A stretch of DNA of 59,732 nucleotides, the filler included, from Stramenopiles sp. TOSAG23-3 (Eukaryota): the NCBI GenBank assembly GCA_900128585.1. It is 12 parts of 12 records of this genome, joined end to end, with 100 filler letters (N's around TTAATTAATTAA, not from the genome) between each part and the next. Parts side by side here need not be neighbours in the genome. Positions count along the whole stretch, not along the records: positions 10,025 to 14,932 come from LT643673.1; positions 15,033 to 19,931 come from LT643674.1; positions 20,032 to 24,927 come from LT643675.1; 9 more parts are not named here. The stretch is one strand, 5' to 3'. Below the pieces are notes generated by a model, which saw only the letters and a list, made by a program, of their open reading frames with translations, was not told the origin of the DNA and did not search any database. Below are positions 10,104 through 20,529 of this stretch, in pieces; position 1 is the stretch's first letter; each line of letters begins with the position of its first letter. Both the position numbers and the translations under genes were made by a program.

Positions 10104-10546
10104 TTCTGAAAAAGACAATTATTCTTTACCCTTTATTATATACCCTACTTCTTTACTAGAAAGCAACGAAGTCCTTTTTTTTGCCTCGAAAAAGCTTAGT
10201 TTAGTTTTGGATCGATTTTTTCATAATTTAAATAATTAATATAAAAATAGCATTGTTTAAAAAGAAATTAATTTCTATTTTTGTTATCAATGGATCTGAT
10301 TGGTGGTGAAAAACGTATATAGAAATAGTATGTATGTATGAATCTAAATTTACGAAAGAAGCATTTAAACGAAAGAAAGGAATAAATTACTCAATTTGAG
10401 ATGAAAAGAATTTATATATGATTACATTCTGTTGAAAAAAGACAAATTCATTAATTCTTATTGACGTAACATAGTTAGGTTATTATTTATATTTCATTGT
10501 AAAACGAAATCTGGAGAAAACGCAAACAAATTTAATTGCAAAGAAA

Positions 10547-11935
10547 ATGCGTACGTTTGTATTGTTGTGCGCCGCGTTGGCTGTGCTCCAAACAGTCACT
10601 GCTATGACCGGCCCCCCACCGGGCTGGCCGGACAACAAAGAAGATTGCGAAAACATGGAAGGAGGATTTTGGCAAGAAGATCGTCACCGTTGTGAATCGG
10701 AAAGCATGTGTAACCATCTGGGAGGACGTTGGGACGCCAACCGATGCGAATTGGAAGAAGAAGGCGAATCGGACGGGCCGGACAACAAAGAAGATTGCGA
10801 AAACATGGAAGGAGGATTTTGGCAAGAAGATCGTCAACGCTGTGAAACGGAACTGTTGTGCAACGAACATGGAGGACAATGGACCGGAGTCCGATGCGAA
10901 TTTGAAGAAGGCCACCATTCGACTACGGCCTACCCAGGCCACCATTCGAGTACGGCCTACCCAGGCCACCATTCGAGTACGGCCTACCCAGGCCACCATT
11001 CGACTACATCAGAGCCCTACTACACACCATCTGAAAAGTGCGCTAAATCCGGAGGTATTTGGCGTTGGGATGGCCCTGATGGATGGTGCGACCATAGTGG
11101 CACGAGTCACGCAACGACTGCCGCACCACACCACCATTCGACTACGATCTCTTACTGGGAACAAAGAGCACGCGAGTGTACCATGCACGGAGGAAAATGG
11201 CATTGGCACGGCGCCGATTATGGAATTTGTGAACACAGTGCAACAACTACGGCAAACCCGAACGGTTACTGGGAACAAAGAGCACGCGAGTGTACCATGC
11301 ACGGAGGGAAATGGCATTGGGATGGCCATAATGGATATTGTGAACACAGTGCAACAACTACGGCAAACCCGAACTCTTACTGGGAACAAAGAAAACACGA
11401 ATGTGATTCATCCGGAGGAAGTTGGCATTGGGATGNNNNNNNNNNNNNNNNNNNNNNNNNNNNNNNNNNNNNNNNNNNNNNNNNNNNNNNNNNNNNNNNN
11501 NNNNNNNNNNNNNNNNNNNNNNNNNNNNNNNNNNNNNNNNNNNNNNNNNNNNNNNNNNNNNNNNNAAAACACGAATGTGATTCATCCGGAGGAAGTTGGC
11601 ATTGGGATGGCCATCAAGGATGGTGCGACCACCATTCGACGACTGCCCACCCAGGCCACCATTGGACTACACCGTACCCAGGGCACACCGGCCACCATAC
11701 GACGACTGCCCACCCAGGCCACCATTCGACCACAGCCTACCCCCATACCACCACAGAACACTATGGCAACGATTGCATAGGAGATCAATGCTGCGGCGAC
11801 GGGACACAGTTTGAGAATGGAGTTTGTGTACCGACGTACGAGGGTGTCATGGACGCATGCCGCGAGGAACGCAAGGAATGGGGATGGACATGCGAAACAT
11901 CTTGCCCAGCAGACGGAGCGAACGGCGACATTTAA
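10547..11935 (+). CDS. Secreted His/Trp/Cys/Thr-rich repeat protein (CxxxGGxW modules); assembly gap at 11436-11565
   Basis: Signal peptide MRTFVLLCAALAVLQTVTA, two ~50-aa units, HHSTTAYPG units, 38-aa YWEQR..EC...GG.WHW units and a Cys-rich C-terminus. Confidence 0.85.
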   Translation: MRTFVLLCAALAVLQTVTAMTGPPPGWPDNKEDCENMEGGFWQEDRHRCESESMCNHLGGRWDANRCELEEEGESDGPDNKEDCENMEGGFWQEDRQRCETELLCNEHGGQWTGVRCEFEEGHHSTTAYPGHHSSTAYPGHHSSTAYPGHHSTTSEPYYTPSEKCAKSGGIWRWDGPDGWCDHSGTSHATTAAPHHHSTTISYWEQRARECTMHGGKWHWHGADYGICEHSATTTANPNGYWEQRARECTMHGGKWHWDGHNGYCEHSATTTANPNSYWEQRKHECDSSGGSWHWDXXXXXXXXXXXXXXXXXXXXXXXXXXXXXXXXXXXXXXXXXXXXKHECDSSGGSWHWDGHQGWCDHHSTTAHPGHHWTTPYPGHTGHHTTTAHPGHHSTTAYPHTTTEHYGNDCIGDQCCGDGTQFENGVCVPTYEGVMDACREERKEWGWTCETSCPADGANGDI

Positions 11936-12488
11936 AAACAATATGGCACATGAACAAATCGAGTTTGCAAAATCATGCACAGTTTACCAAAACGATGGTG
12001 GCATACCAAGGGTTGTTTTGCAAGAGTGGACTCTTTCGATAAAAAAAAAAGAAGAATTTAATTTCTGTAATTTAAACAAATTAATAATAATCCGATTTTA
12101 AATTTTTTGATTTTTTTACGACCGAAGTAGGATTAGGATAGGTATTTTTTGGACATTTATTATTAATTATTACTCCCTCCTTCTTTTTTTCCTTCTTCTT
12201 CTTCTTTTAGACGACTAGCACTGCAATAAGCCATACTACCAATTATATTATAGACACTATTATAATACTACACACCATCGCCAACAACCACCACAAATCT
12301 AGTTGAAATCTAGAAATCTTCTTGAAATAATTCAAACTACTGCAGACTCTCATAACTCATTCAACACAAGAACAAAATAGAAAGCATTCGAAACAATTAT
12401 GCGACAGAGGATTAATGTTCAAAGTCGCCGCCCGTGGACACTCTTAGACCCAGCGTATACAAGCTGGGTGCGGTACAGTTTAATAATC

Positions 12489-13780
12489 ATGTCGGCGAGC
12501 TCTACTTCGTCCTTGGTCTGCATCGCGCTGGCCTTGCAAACGGTCACCTTTGCGGCAGGGGTTACTTATAACTTTTCTGAGCTTGGCNNNNNNNNNNNNA
12601 CAAATCGCTTTCTAATTTGGCATCAGGAGACGTCCTTCTTTTCCCTAACACTACGTTTTACATGATGGGAGGCGTGAAGGCTGAGGGTTTGACGAACGTT
12701 ACGATTCAATTCGATGGGACAATTCTGTTTTCGAAGGATATGAAATCATGGCCGCGCGACGGCGCAACGACGAAAGCGCATGTGCACGAGTGCATGCATT
12801 TTATCTCTTGCGACCACATGACGTTTACGTCTTCCGGAAAGGGATTGATCGACGGCAACGGGGCAGTGTGGTGGGGCATTCCAGGGATTGGATATTTGGC
12901 CCGGCAAGAAAACCGACCGCGACTTCTGAACATAGAAAACGCAAAGCACAACCTTGTCGAAAATATTATTTTGAAGAATTCTCCATACTGGACGTTTTGG
13001 GCCCACGGTGTAGAATTCTTGGAGGTTCGAAATGTCGACATTTCTGCTCGGAGGACGGAGAGCGACGGCCACGGTATCATTGACCTTACAGCCTTTAACA
13101 CCGATGGCTTCGACGTTGCAGGGTCGTACGTTTGGATACACGATTGCACTGTTTGGAACCAGGACGATTGCGTTTGCGCCAAAGACGGCAGCCAGCACAT
13201 GTTGTTCGAAAGAATAAATGCCAGCGGACTTGGACTCACCATCGGAAGCATAGGTGGGTCTACTAACAAAAATATAACCTTTCGAGACATTTACATGCAC
13301 AAAACTTACAAAGGCGTTTACATGAAGTTTCGTGATTTGGACAATGGTGGAATAGTCGAAGATGTCCTGTACGAGAACATCGTCATGGACGAGCCCGAAC
13401 AGTGGGGCGTATGGATTGGCCCTGCACAGCAATCTGATTCTGACAATCTCTGCGCGGCGCACCCCTGCTCGATATGTTGGCCGGCCCTTCCAGAAAAGTT
13501 TGCGCCGTGCATGAGTGGAAGTGGTCGCTACAGAAACATTACATTGCGAAACATAACTATTCGCAATTCGAAGAAAAGTCCGGGCGTCATCATAGGAAAC
13601 ATGTCGACGCCCATGACAAACCTCACGTTTGACAATGTAAAGTTTGTAAACCCTGGGTCAAAACCATGGGGTTCGGACTATTACAGATGCAGCGGTGTTC
13701 AGAATGGAGTTGCGGTTGGAGACACGTGGCCCGTACCGAACTGTTTTAAGGACATGACAAATCGATCGCCATCGCCTTGA
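12489..13780 (+). CDS. Secreted GH28 (polygalacturonase-family) glycoside hydrolase; the frame break coincides with the 12-N gap
   Basis: Signal-like MSASSTSSLVCIALALQTVTFAA, then IDGNGAVWW, RPRLL, NSPYWT, FNTDGFD, NQDDC, GLTIGS and NITFRDI. Confidence 0.9.
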
Positions 13781-14067
13781 AGAGAAACAATGTAACAAGA
13801 GAACAAGTTTAAGAGAGCAGGAAATTTTAAAAATTTGTACTAACTTAAATAACAGCTTGCTTTTTAAATAATAGCCATTATGTGGTGTTTATATATCTTA
13901 CTTGTAACATACTTACTTTGTGTGTGCTGTGTGTTATTTTCAGATATTATGATATCATACGACTGTATTTTTATATCTAAAGGTTAAAGGCCACATTCTT
14001 ACATAATATTTTGCTCATTGTACACTCCTCCGTGAAACAAGAAATGTCTTTGGTTTTTTTTGAAAAA

Positions 14068-14817
14068 TTATCTGATTTGTTTTTGCATGTCTCCATCAAA
14101 CTCTAACGTATCAGTCAAACAAATTGACTCTCGGGTTATGTACAAACAGTTTCGACACCTAGGCTTTGGTATTCCTGTCATGATGTCAACGACTTTTAGT
14201 GTCAAATCTGTCAGTTTGCCATCTGCATTCAGGGTTTGATTAGCCACCTTGAACTCTGCACAAGTACCCCGCGGCCTGCCTTTCAAAAGGGATTTTCCCC
14301 AGATGGACTTGTGAATTTTTATTTTCTTGTACTGCCCACTCATTCCGTAGAAAATTCTATTCGCCCCTCTGTCGTACCCTATGGCAAGGGCTCTGATGCA
14401 ATCGTCGCGAGTCTCTTCGGCATTGCTTTTATCGATGATAAAATCTGCTCTACAGACACCTTTCTTGATCTGGTGTTTTTTCAAATTCTTCATTTTCTTC
14501 TTCTTTCTCTTCTTTGGGGCATCACCAGGCTGCAAACCCCCGTCGTCTTCTCGGCGACCCCGTTTGCACAGCAGTGGGTATTTCTTGTACGCGTTGCACA
14601 TCGCCACAGACAAAGCGTCTAGCGAGTTGGCAATACGAGAATAATTGTCGCCCCCCTCGTTCGTGGAAGAAGCCCGCAACAACGATTTCGTGACACCGAG
14701 GGACTCTCGAGCCAAATTTCGAAAGTCAATATTCAAAAGTTGGCGCTGCTTCTGCCGGTCGGACGCGACGTCCGAAGCAAGCGGGGTAGTATTCGGCGCT
14801 GGGACGGCCGCCGGCAT
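14068..14817 (-). CDS. Putative zinc-dependent deaminase (YwqJ-like toxin-type CDA fold) with a basic NLS
   Basis: C-terminal domain ...IFYGMSG...GTCAEFKVANQTL...TGIPKPRCRNC: a CAE plus CxxC Zn/Glu signature. PKKRKKKK lies upstream. The ATG is directly preceded by ttcacag, so this may be an exon. Confidence 0.65.
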   Translation of the reverse strand: MPAAVPAPNTTPLASDVASDRQKQRQLLNIDFRNLARESLGVTKSLLRASSTNEGGDNYSRIANSLDALSVAMCNAYKKYPLLCKRGRREDDGGLQPGDAPKKRKKKKMKNLKKHQIKKGVCRADFIIDKSNAEETRDDCIRALAIGYDRGANRIFYGMSGQYKKIKIHKSIWGKSLLKGRPRGTCAEFKVANQTLNADGKLTDLTLKVVDIMTGIPKPRCRNCLYITRESICLTDTLEFDGDMQKQIR

Positions 14818-14853
14818 CTGTGAAGAAGCATGGCTACACTCCGAGATGACAAC

Positions 14854-14932
14854 GGAAGGATATATTTTAATTAGTGAGAAATATGAATGTTGAAAGGGCC
14901 GACACCTTAATTATAACAAAAGGTAAATTTTT
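14854..14932 (-). repeat. Right arm of the 79-bp inverted repeat
   Basis: Exact reverse complement of 10025-10103. Confidence 0.97.
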
Positions 14933-15206
14933 NNNNNNNNNNNNNNNNNNNNNNNNNNNNNNNNNNNNNNNNNNNNTTAATTAATTAANNNNNNNNNNNN
15001 NNNNNNNNNNNNNNNNNNNNNNNNNNNNNNNNATCAGAATAAGAACAAGAGAGTGAGACAATATAAAAGAATTGAAAGTATGCGAAGAAAACGTCGATTG
15101 TTGCATCTTGACTATAACGTAGATTGAATACTTGATCCACGATATATTTTCTCGCTTTGTGGTTCTTTCATTTTTTCGGTTCAGTTTCCCTTTGATCAAA
15201 GTACAC

Positions 15207-16400
15207 ATGTTGCGTGAGGAGCCTGAGCAGTCCGGTGGTCGGGTGACAATAGGGTCTCGTCCAATTGGGCAAGACGCGGGGGGTGCAGGAGGGAAGAAGG
15301 GCAAGGCAAAGCTCTCAAAATCAAAAAAACGTATGCTGGCGTTTGCGCGAAAGAATAGGACGTACTGGCGTACTCGAGTGTCGTACATCGTAGCGAACAT
15401 TGTCATGTTAGTGTTGGTGTATACAACTGGCCATACCAGCCTTTGGCGGACGAACCGTACAACGCAGACGCAGGAATTGGTGACGGAGCATATCATTACC
15501 CAATTGTTGTTCGTCTTGTTTTCTTGGGTCGCCTACTTTTTGGTCCAAGGGTCGGATCCGGGGTCCGTATCGGACGAAATGACGCCCGACGAAGCCGTCG
15601 AGTTCAGCTCGGACGCTATTCGTGGCGACCCGTGGGACGACGACGAGTTCTTGGGGGACGGGACCGAAGACATTGACGCGGCGAAGCGGCACTTTGAGGA
15701 CATAGAGTCGGGCGATGCGGACGAAGGGGGGAAGCAAGGGGATGGCGGGGCGCGTGCGGACGATGTGGAGTTTGACATGTCGTTTCCCACCATGGACGAG
15801 GAGGGAGATGCCCTGATTCCCCGGGTCGAGACGAAGCACCCGAAGTTCCCGTACCGCACGATTTACTGCCGCCAAACGAGGCGGTGGGTTGCCACGTACG
15901 ATCATTACTGCGGCATGCTGTCGACGCCCATCGGGGAGAAAAACCATGCCCGGTTTTGGTTATTTTTGCAAATGCAGACGGTAACCCTGTGCTGGGCGAT
16001 CGGGATCGTTCACAGTGGGTTTCGGATATTCACGGGGGACAAAGGCTGGTGGGAGGTGAACGCGCACGCGTTCTTTACGGTCTTGATCCTCTACATCCTC
16101 CTTGCCTTTGTCGGTGGCCTGTACCTTTTCCATAGTTTCCTGGCCTGCTCGTGCATCACGACGTACGAGTTCATGCGGTCGGACCGGATCGATTACTTGA
16201 AAGGGACCCGGGACTTTGACTTGCCCTACAGCCGTGGGTTGGGTGGAAACTTGAAATTTTTCTTCTTCCAAGATGGTCTGCTTTACATTATTTTCAACCG
16301 AAAGTGGAAGCCTGAGAATTGGAAACTGCCGGGTAAAATCATCAGGGATGGGGACTGGCACGAGAACATATGGGAGAACAAATATTGGAGCTGCTGTTAA
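15207..16400 (+). CDS. DHHC-family S-acyltransferase (DHYC variant)
   Basis: Four TM segments, SDPG, YDHYC, IGEKNHARF and TTYE motifs, C-terminal WSCC. ATG at 15207. Confidence 0.9.
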   Translation: MLREEPEQSGGRVTIGSRPIGQDAGGAGGKKGKAKLSKSKKRMLAFARKNRTYWRTRVSYIVANIVMLVLVYTTGHTSLWRTNRTTQTQELVTEHIITQLLFVLFSWVAYFLVQGSDPGSVSDEMTPDEAVEFSSDAIRGDPWDDDEFLGDGTEDIDAAKRHFEDIESGDADEGGKQGDGGARADDVEFDMSFPTMDEEGDALIPRVETKHPKFPYRTIYCRQTRRWVATYDHYCGMLSTPIGEKNHARFWLFLQMQTVTLCWAIGIVHSGFRIFTGDKGWWEVNAHAFFTVLILYILLAFVGGLYLFHSFLACSCITTYEFMRSDRIDYLKGTRDFDLPYSRGLGGNLKFFFFQDGLLYIIFNRKWKPENWKLPGKIIRDGDWHENIWENKYWSCC

Positions 16401-16854
16401 GACTATAGCGGGCGAAAGTCTTCGAAGAGCAACATCCTATGATAGGGACGACTGGCAATTCATGCAATGGGGGCTGTTTCATGTTTGAGGACATGGTGGA
16501 GGAGGTGAAGAGTTCGCCCGCCGGGTGCAACCGAAGGTTGTGGAGGGTGGCAGTGAGAGTAGTATAATAGTAGTAGTAGAGAGAAGGAGGAGAGAGAGNN
16601 NNNNNNNNNNNNNNNNNNNNNNNNNNNNNNNNNNNNNNNNNNNNNNNNNNNNNNNNNNNNNNNNTTCTTCTTTCTTCTTCTTCTTCTTCTTTCTTCTGGT
16701 GGTTGCGATTTGCGATCTATTATCGATGGTGTGATTCGTGATTAGTACCAAGCACGAGACAAAAGCGGAATACATTTGCAGGTTAGAAAAATCCGTCAAA
16801 TGTATATCGTACCTCACAGCAGGTGTTCTCAGCAGGTTTTCTTCCCCCATCTCG

Positions 16855-18342
16855 ATGCGGCAGCGACGACAACGTGGAAAGCGGTCGTCGAGTGTGAGGG
16901 GGTCTGCACGGGGGAGCAAAGATGAGGCTCGAGCGTTCGAGACCGCGGAGAATGGCGATTATATAGGGGTGTTTGGGTGTCAGCTTGGGATTGGGGACAA
17001 AGGGTTTCAACCGATCCGGCGGAGAAAATCGACACTTGGGGACCTCTCCGCCGCCCTGTACGAGACCCGGCACGTCGCAAGCAAAACGTACCGGACGACA
17101 TGGTACGATAAGTTGGGAATGTACGTGGTCCTGATCCTGGTGGTCCCGCCCGCGCTGATGCTTATCGGTCCGTTCTATGTCCTACTCCGAGTTTTTACAT
17201 GTTTACCGTGGCCGCCATTTTTGCCTGTGGGGATGAAAAAAGCGTTTGGGCGGGCGTCGCTATCGGACGGGGCAACGGCAGAGGAGAAAGCGTTCCTAAT
17301 GGACGAGGCGGAGATCGCAAAGGTGGAAGCCTTGGAAACGTTGGCCTTGGAGACTCGAAGCATGGGCTGGGGGTTTCCGTGGGGGGAGGACAACGGTATG
17401 TTCTGGTACGGGTGCGGCAACGTGTGCTCAAAGGGCCCGGGGTCTGAATTTTTTGACAAGGAAAAGCCCAGCGTGATCTACATCCATGGGTGGGAGCCTG
17501 GGACGACAAAACGGGGGTTTCGTGAAACCATCAATTGGCGGTGGAAGGACGCGCTGTTCGCGCACGTGGATACGCTCGACGTATGGATCAGCAAAGGGTA
17601 CAACTGTGGCATATATTACTGGAACGGTCAATCGGACGAACTGGACAACGAGCTGGTGGAGCGAAAGATATACGACGCGGGCGGGGCGGGCGGGATGCGG
17701 TACATGTACCGTGGGGGGGCGCGTGGGGAGGCCCTGTTCTACGACGATCCACTGCCCGAGCACAACGTGCCCATCAGCGAGCAGGTGCTGAAATCCTACC
17801 TCCAGCATGGGTTCGACGATAGCGCGGGCGTTACAGTGGTCGGGCACTCTTTAGGCTGCCAAGTAAGCCTTGAATTTTTGCGAAAGCTACACGGGTTGAA
17901 CGAGTCTCGGTCGGCCGGGGGGCACAACCCACACCCTTTCCCTGCCCGGCTCAGTCTGCTGGACCCGTTCTTTTCCCGCGGGGCGAAGTCTTACCTGCCG
18001 CTGGCCAACTGCACGACCGCGGCTTGGGCGAGCAATTCCCTCAAACTGTTGGGGACGGAAACGGACCTTTCGATCGACAGCTACGTAACGTCAATCATTG
18101 GCCACGGGCTGATGGGGTCGAGCGCATCCGTTGCCCTGAAGCACTACTCGGCGTACAACGAAATAGGGTACGAGGGCATCTCGTGGGTGAATGTGAAGAA
18201 CCGCCACATTTGTGCAGTCCACATGTATTTCGTGTCGCTCGTCGATGAGCCAGGGAGCTTGCGAAGTTCTCGTGCCCTGCTGACGAACGCCGCGTCCAGC
18301 AATGCGGACGTCCAGTCCAGCATGCCGTGCCGCAAGAAGTGA
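16855..18342 (+). CDS. Membrane-anchored alpha/beta hydrolase (lipase-like)
   Basis: TM segment YVVLILVVPPALMLIGPFYVLL, PSVIYIHGW, nucleophile elbow VVGHSLG, RLSLLDP and a late His (RH). Start uncertain. Confidence 0.8.
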   Translation: MRQRRQRGKRSSSVRGSARGSKDEARAFETAENGDYIGVFGCQLGIGDKGFQPIRRRKSTLGDLSAALYETRHVASKTYRTTWYDKLGMYVVLILVVPPALMLIGPFYVLLRVFTCLPWPPFLPVGMKKAFGRASLSDGATAEEKAFLMDEAEIAKVEALETLALETRSMGWGFPWGEDNGMFWYGCGNVCSKGPGSEFFDKEKPSVIYIHGWEPGTTKRGFRETINWRWKDALFAHVDTLDVWISKGYNCGIYYWNGQSDELDNELVERKIYDAGGAGGMRYMYRGGARGEALFYDDPLPEHNVPISEQVLKSYLQHGFDDSAGVTVVGHSLGCQVSLEFLRKLHGLNESRSAGGHNPHPFPARLSLLDPFFSRGAKSYLPLANCTTAAWASNSLKLLGTETDLSIDSYVTSIIGHGLMGSSASVALKHYSAYNEIGYEGISWVNVKNRHICAVHMYFVSLVDEPGSLRSSRALLTNAASSNADVQSSMPCRKK

Positions 18343-18601
18343 AAGGAAAATTGCGTAAAGCCAGGAACTGTCTGCTGGGAAGCTGGAGCTGCTGAGGGGA
18401 TCAATATTATTACTGTACGACTATATTAAAAATTCAAGATACGTTTGAAATATTTTCAAGTCTCTTACCGCGTATTGTTTTTCTCTATGTATCATATATA
18501 TGTGTATACTCGCAAGAGTCTCCAAAGAAGGATGAAACTTTCAGGGACTTTGACTGGGAGAAGAATCGGTTCGTTGAATACAGATCACCTTGACAATCTT
18601 A

Positions 18602-18631
18602 GTAATTGATAAAATGAGAGTCTTAAAGCAT
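18602..18631 (+). repeat. Dispersed repeat copy (GTAATTGATAAAATGAGAGTCTTAAAGCAT)
   Basis: Near-identical to 24646-24677. Confidence 0.75.
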
Positions 18632-18747
18632 GTACTCTACTATAATTTGTGTTTTCGTATACCATTAGTTTTTTTCATATGTATGTATACGTATGATAAA
18701 AGTTTACTAATACACTCGTACGCCCGTCTTCCACGAACCCCCCAGGT

Positions 18748-19566
18748 TTACATGTAGTTGAACGCGCCGCTGCCGTCTATTTCCCCCTTTGGTTTGGTAA
18801 CTTTGTCCAAGTTTTTGGTGATCAGGTCGTACAAACATGCGTAGTTCGACCTAAGCTCGTTCAGGGCAAGTTTTCGACGGAGGTACTCTTGCTGGTCCCG
18901 CTCGACGACCGCTTGCCGGTAGTCCATGATGTGGGGGTGTTTTTTTACCTTTTCGACGTACTTTGCCCGAAGCTTGTGGTAGCTCAAGCAGGATTCCATT
19001 TGCATGTACGATTCCGATTCTACCCTGTCTAGTTCCCCGGACACTTCGTCCTGGACTTCGACGCCAAAATTGTTCCCGTCTTCCATCTTTGGGACGAGCA
19101 TTTGTATCCACAGCTTGATGGAGCTGGTGATCTGGACGGCCTCGCGCACTTCCTGCTTCAAAATAACAAGGAGTTCCGCCAACTTTGAATTCTTCTTGAC
19201 CCCCATGTAAAGCATCGGGTCCTCCTTTCCCTTGGCCTTCAGGTTTTCGGTAGTGGCGGCAGCAGTACTATCCTTGTTCTCACTCTCCTTCTCACCCGAT
19301 TCCCTTGCGTCGTAGAGCACGATTTCTTCCACAATCTCTTTCGGCGACTTTAGCTGAAGGAGGGGGTGCGTCAGCATAAGTCGGTCAAGTTGGACTAATT
19401 TTTGTGGAAGCATGATATCGATGTTGTGCCTTGCCCTTGTTTCGACGTTTTGTTTCAGTTCTTCCATGGCTTTTTTTGTCTCTGGCGACAGCTCCGCAAG
19501 CTTCGAACTCCCATGTTTTTTCTTCTTATGCCTACTCTTGTGTTTCTTTGACGGTGGCTGACTCAT
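18748..19566 (-). CDS. PSME3: Proteasome activator PA28 (11S REG, gamma-like)
   Basis: WIQMLVPKMEDGNNFGVEVQDE activation loop; HPHIMDYR; LYDLITKNLDKVTKPK. Confidence 0.93.
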   Translation of the reverse strand: MSQPPSKKHKSRHKKKKHGSSKLAELSPETKKAMEELKQNVETRARHNIDIMLPQKLVQLDRLMLTHPLLQLKSPKEIVEEIVLYDARESGEKESENKDSTAAATTENLKAKGKEDPMLYMGVKKNSKLAELLVILKQEVREAVQITSSIKLWIQMLVPKMEDGNNFGVEVQDEVSGELDRVESESYMQMESCLSYHKLRAKYVEKVKKHPHIMDYRQAVVERDQQEYLRRKLALNELRSNYACLYDLITKNLDKVTKPKGEIDGSGAFNYM

Positions 19567-20529
19567 AGTTATTTAATTACCAAAGGGATACTCGTTCCTT
19601 CGGTCAGCGGATTCGTGGATGCAATTTATGCTGCAAACAGCCGTTGCAATGCAAAAAAATCACGGGGTGCAAATGACAATAAGAAAACGGTGGGTACATT
19701 CTGTCCGACTAAAAATGATTCAAAGCACCACAAACTCAAACTCCAATACACTATATATTATTCGTAGTATACATTGAAAATAGAAAACATACCACCCACT
19801 CACCCACTCACTTCTTGTTTTCTGAGCTATTTACATGTGGACCACTTTTCCCGGACACTTTTTTTTTCGCAGTAAAATTGAAATATATTATAATATTCCT
19901 TAATATTAAGGATATAATGTAAATGGCCACTNNNNNNNNNNNNNNNNNNNNNNNNNNNNNNNNNNNNNNNNNNNNTTAATTAATTAANNNNNNNNNNNNN
20001 NNNNNNNNNNNNNNNNNNNNNNNNNNNNNNNAATTTGATGAATTTCTTGTCTTCCACAGTCATTATTTGCTCGATTTCTTTACGCTTTTGTCGTAATAGT
20101 CCTCGTATTTGTTTAGGTACTACTTCGTAAAACAACAGTTAAAAAATATTATCTTCTTTTTTTCCCCCTTCTTCCTTTTTTCTGTGTAGTATTTAATAAT
20201 AGTGGTGTGTGGTGTGTATATTTATAAATATTATAATATTCTTCCAAATGTTATTGTGATGGTGGTGTGCGGTTAATTTATTATTATTTTTTTATTCAAT
20301 TTTTTTATATACACAGTAGTAATAATAATACCTACCCGGAATGAAGGAAGTACGGAACGAAAACCAAATAATATTTTTTAACTTTTCAATGTTGGAATCT
20401 GTTGAACCGATTGCTTAAGCGAACAAAAAAATTGTTTTCCAAGCCGACAAAAATTGAAGGAAAGAAACCGAGGCTTGATCATAGAACTTCAAGAAGAAAA
20501 AAACCCTAGCTTCTTGCTTTTTCCCCATC

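Noticed and set aside
10912..11008. 27-bp direct repeats resembling a CRISPR array
   Set aside because: They are tandem in-frame coding repeats with no unique spacers.
12588..12620. Frameshift near the GH28 start
   Set aside because: It coincides with an N gap of uncertain length, so it is not evidence of pseudogenisation.
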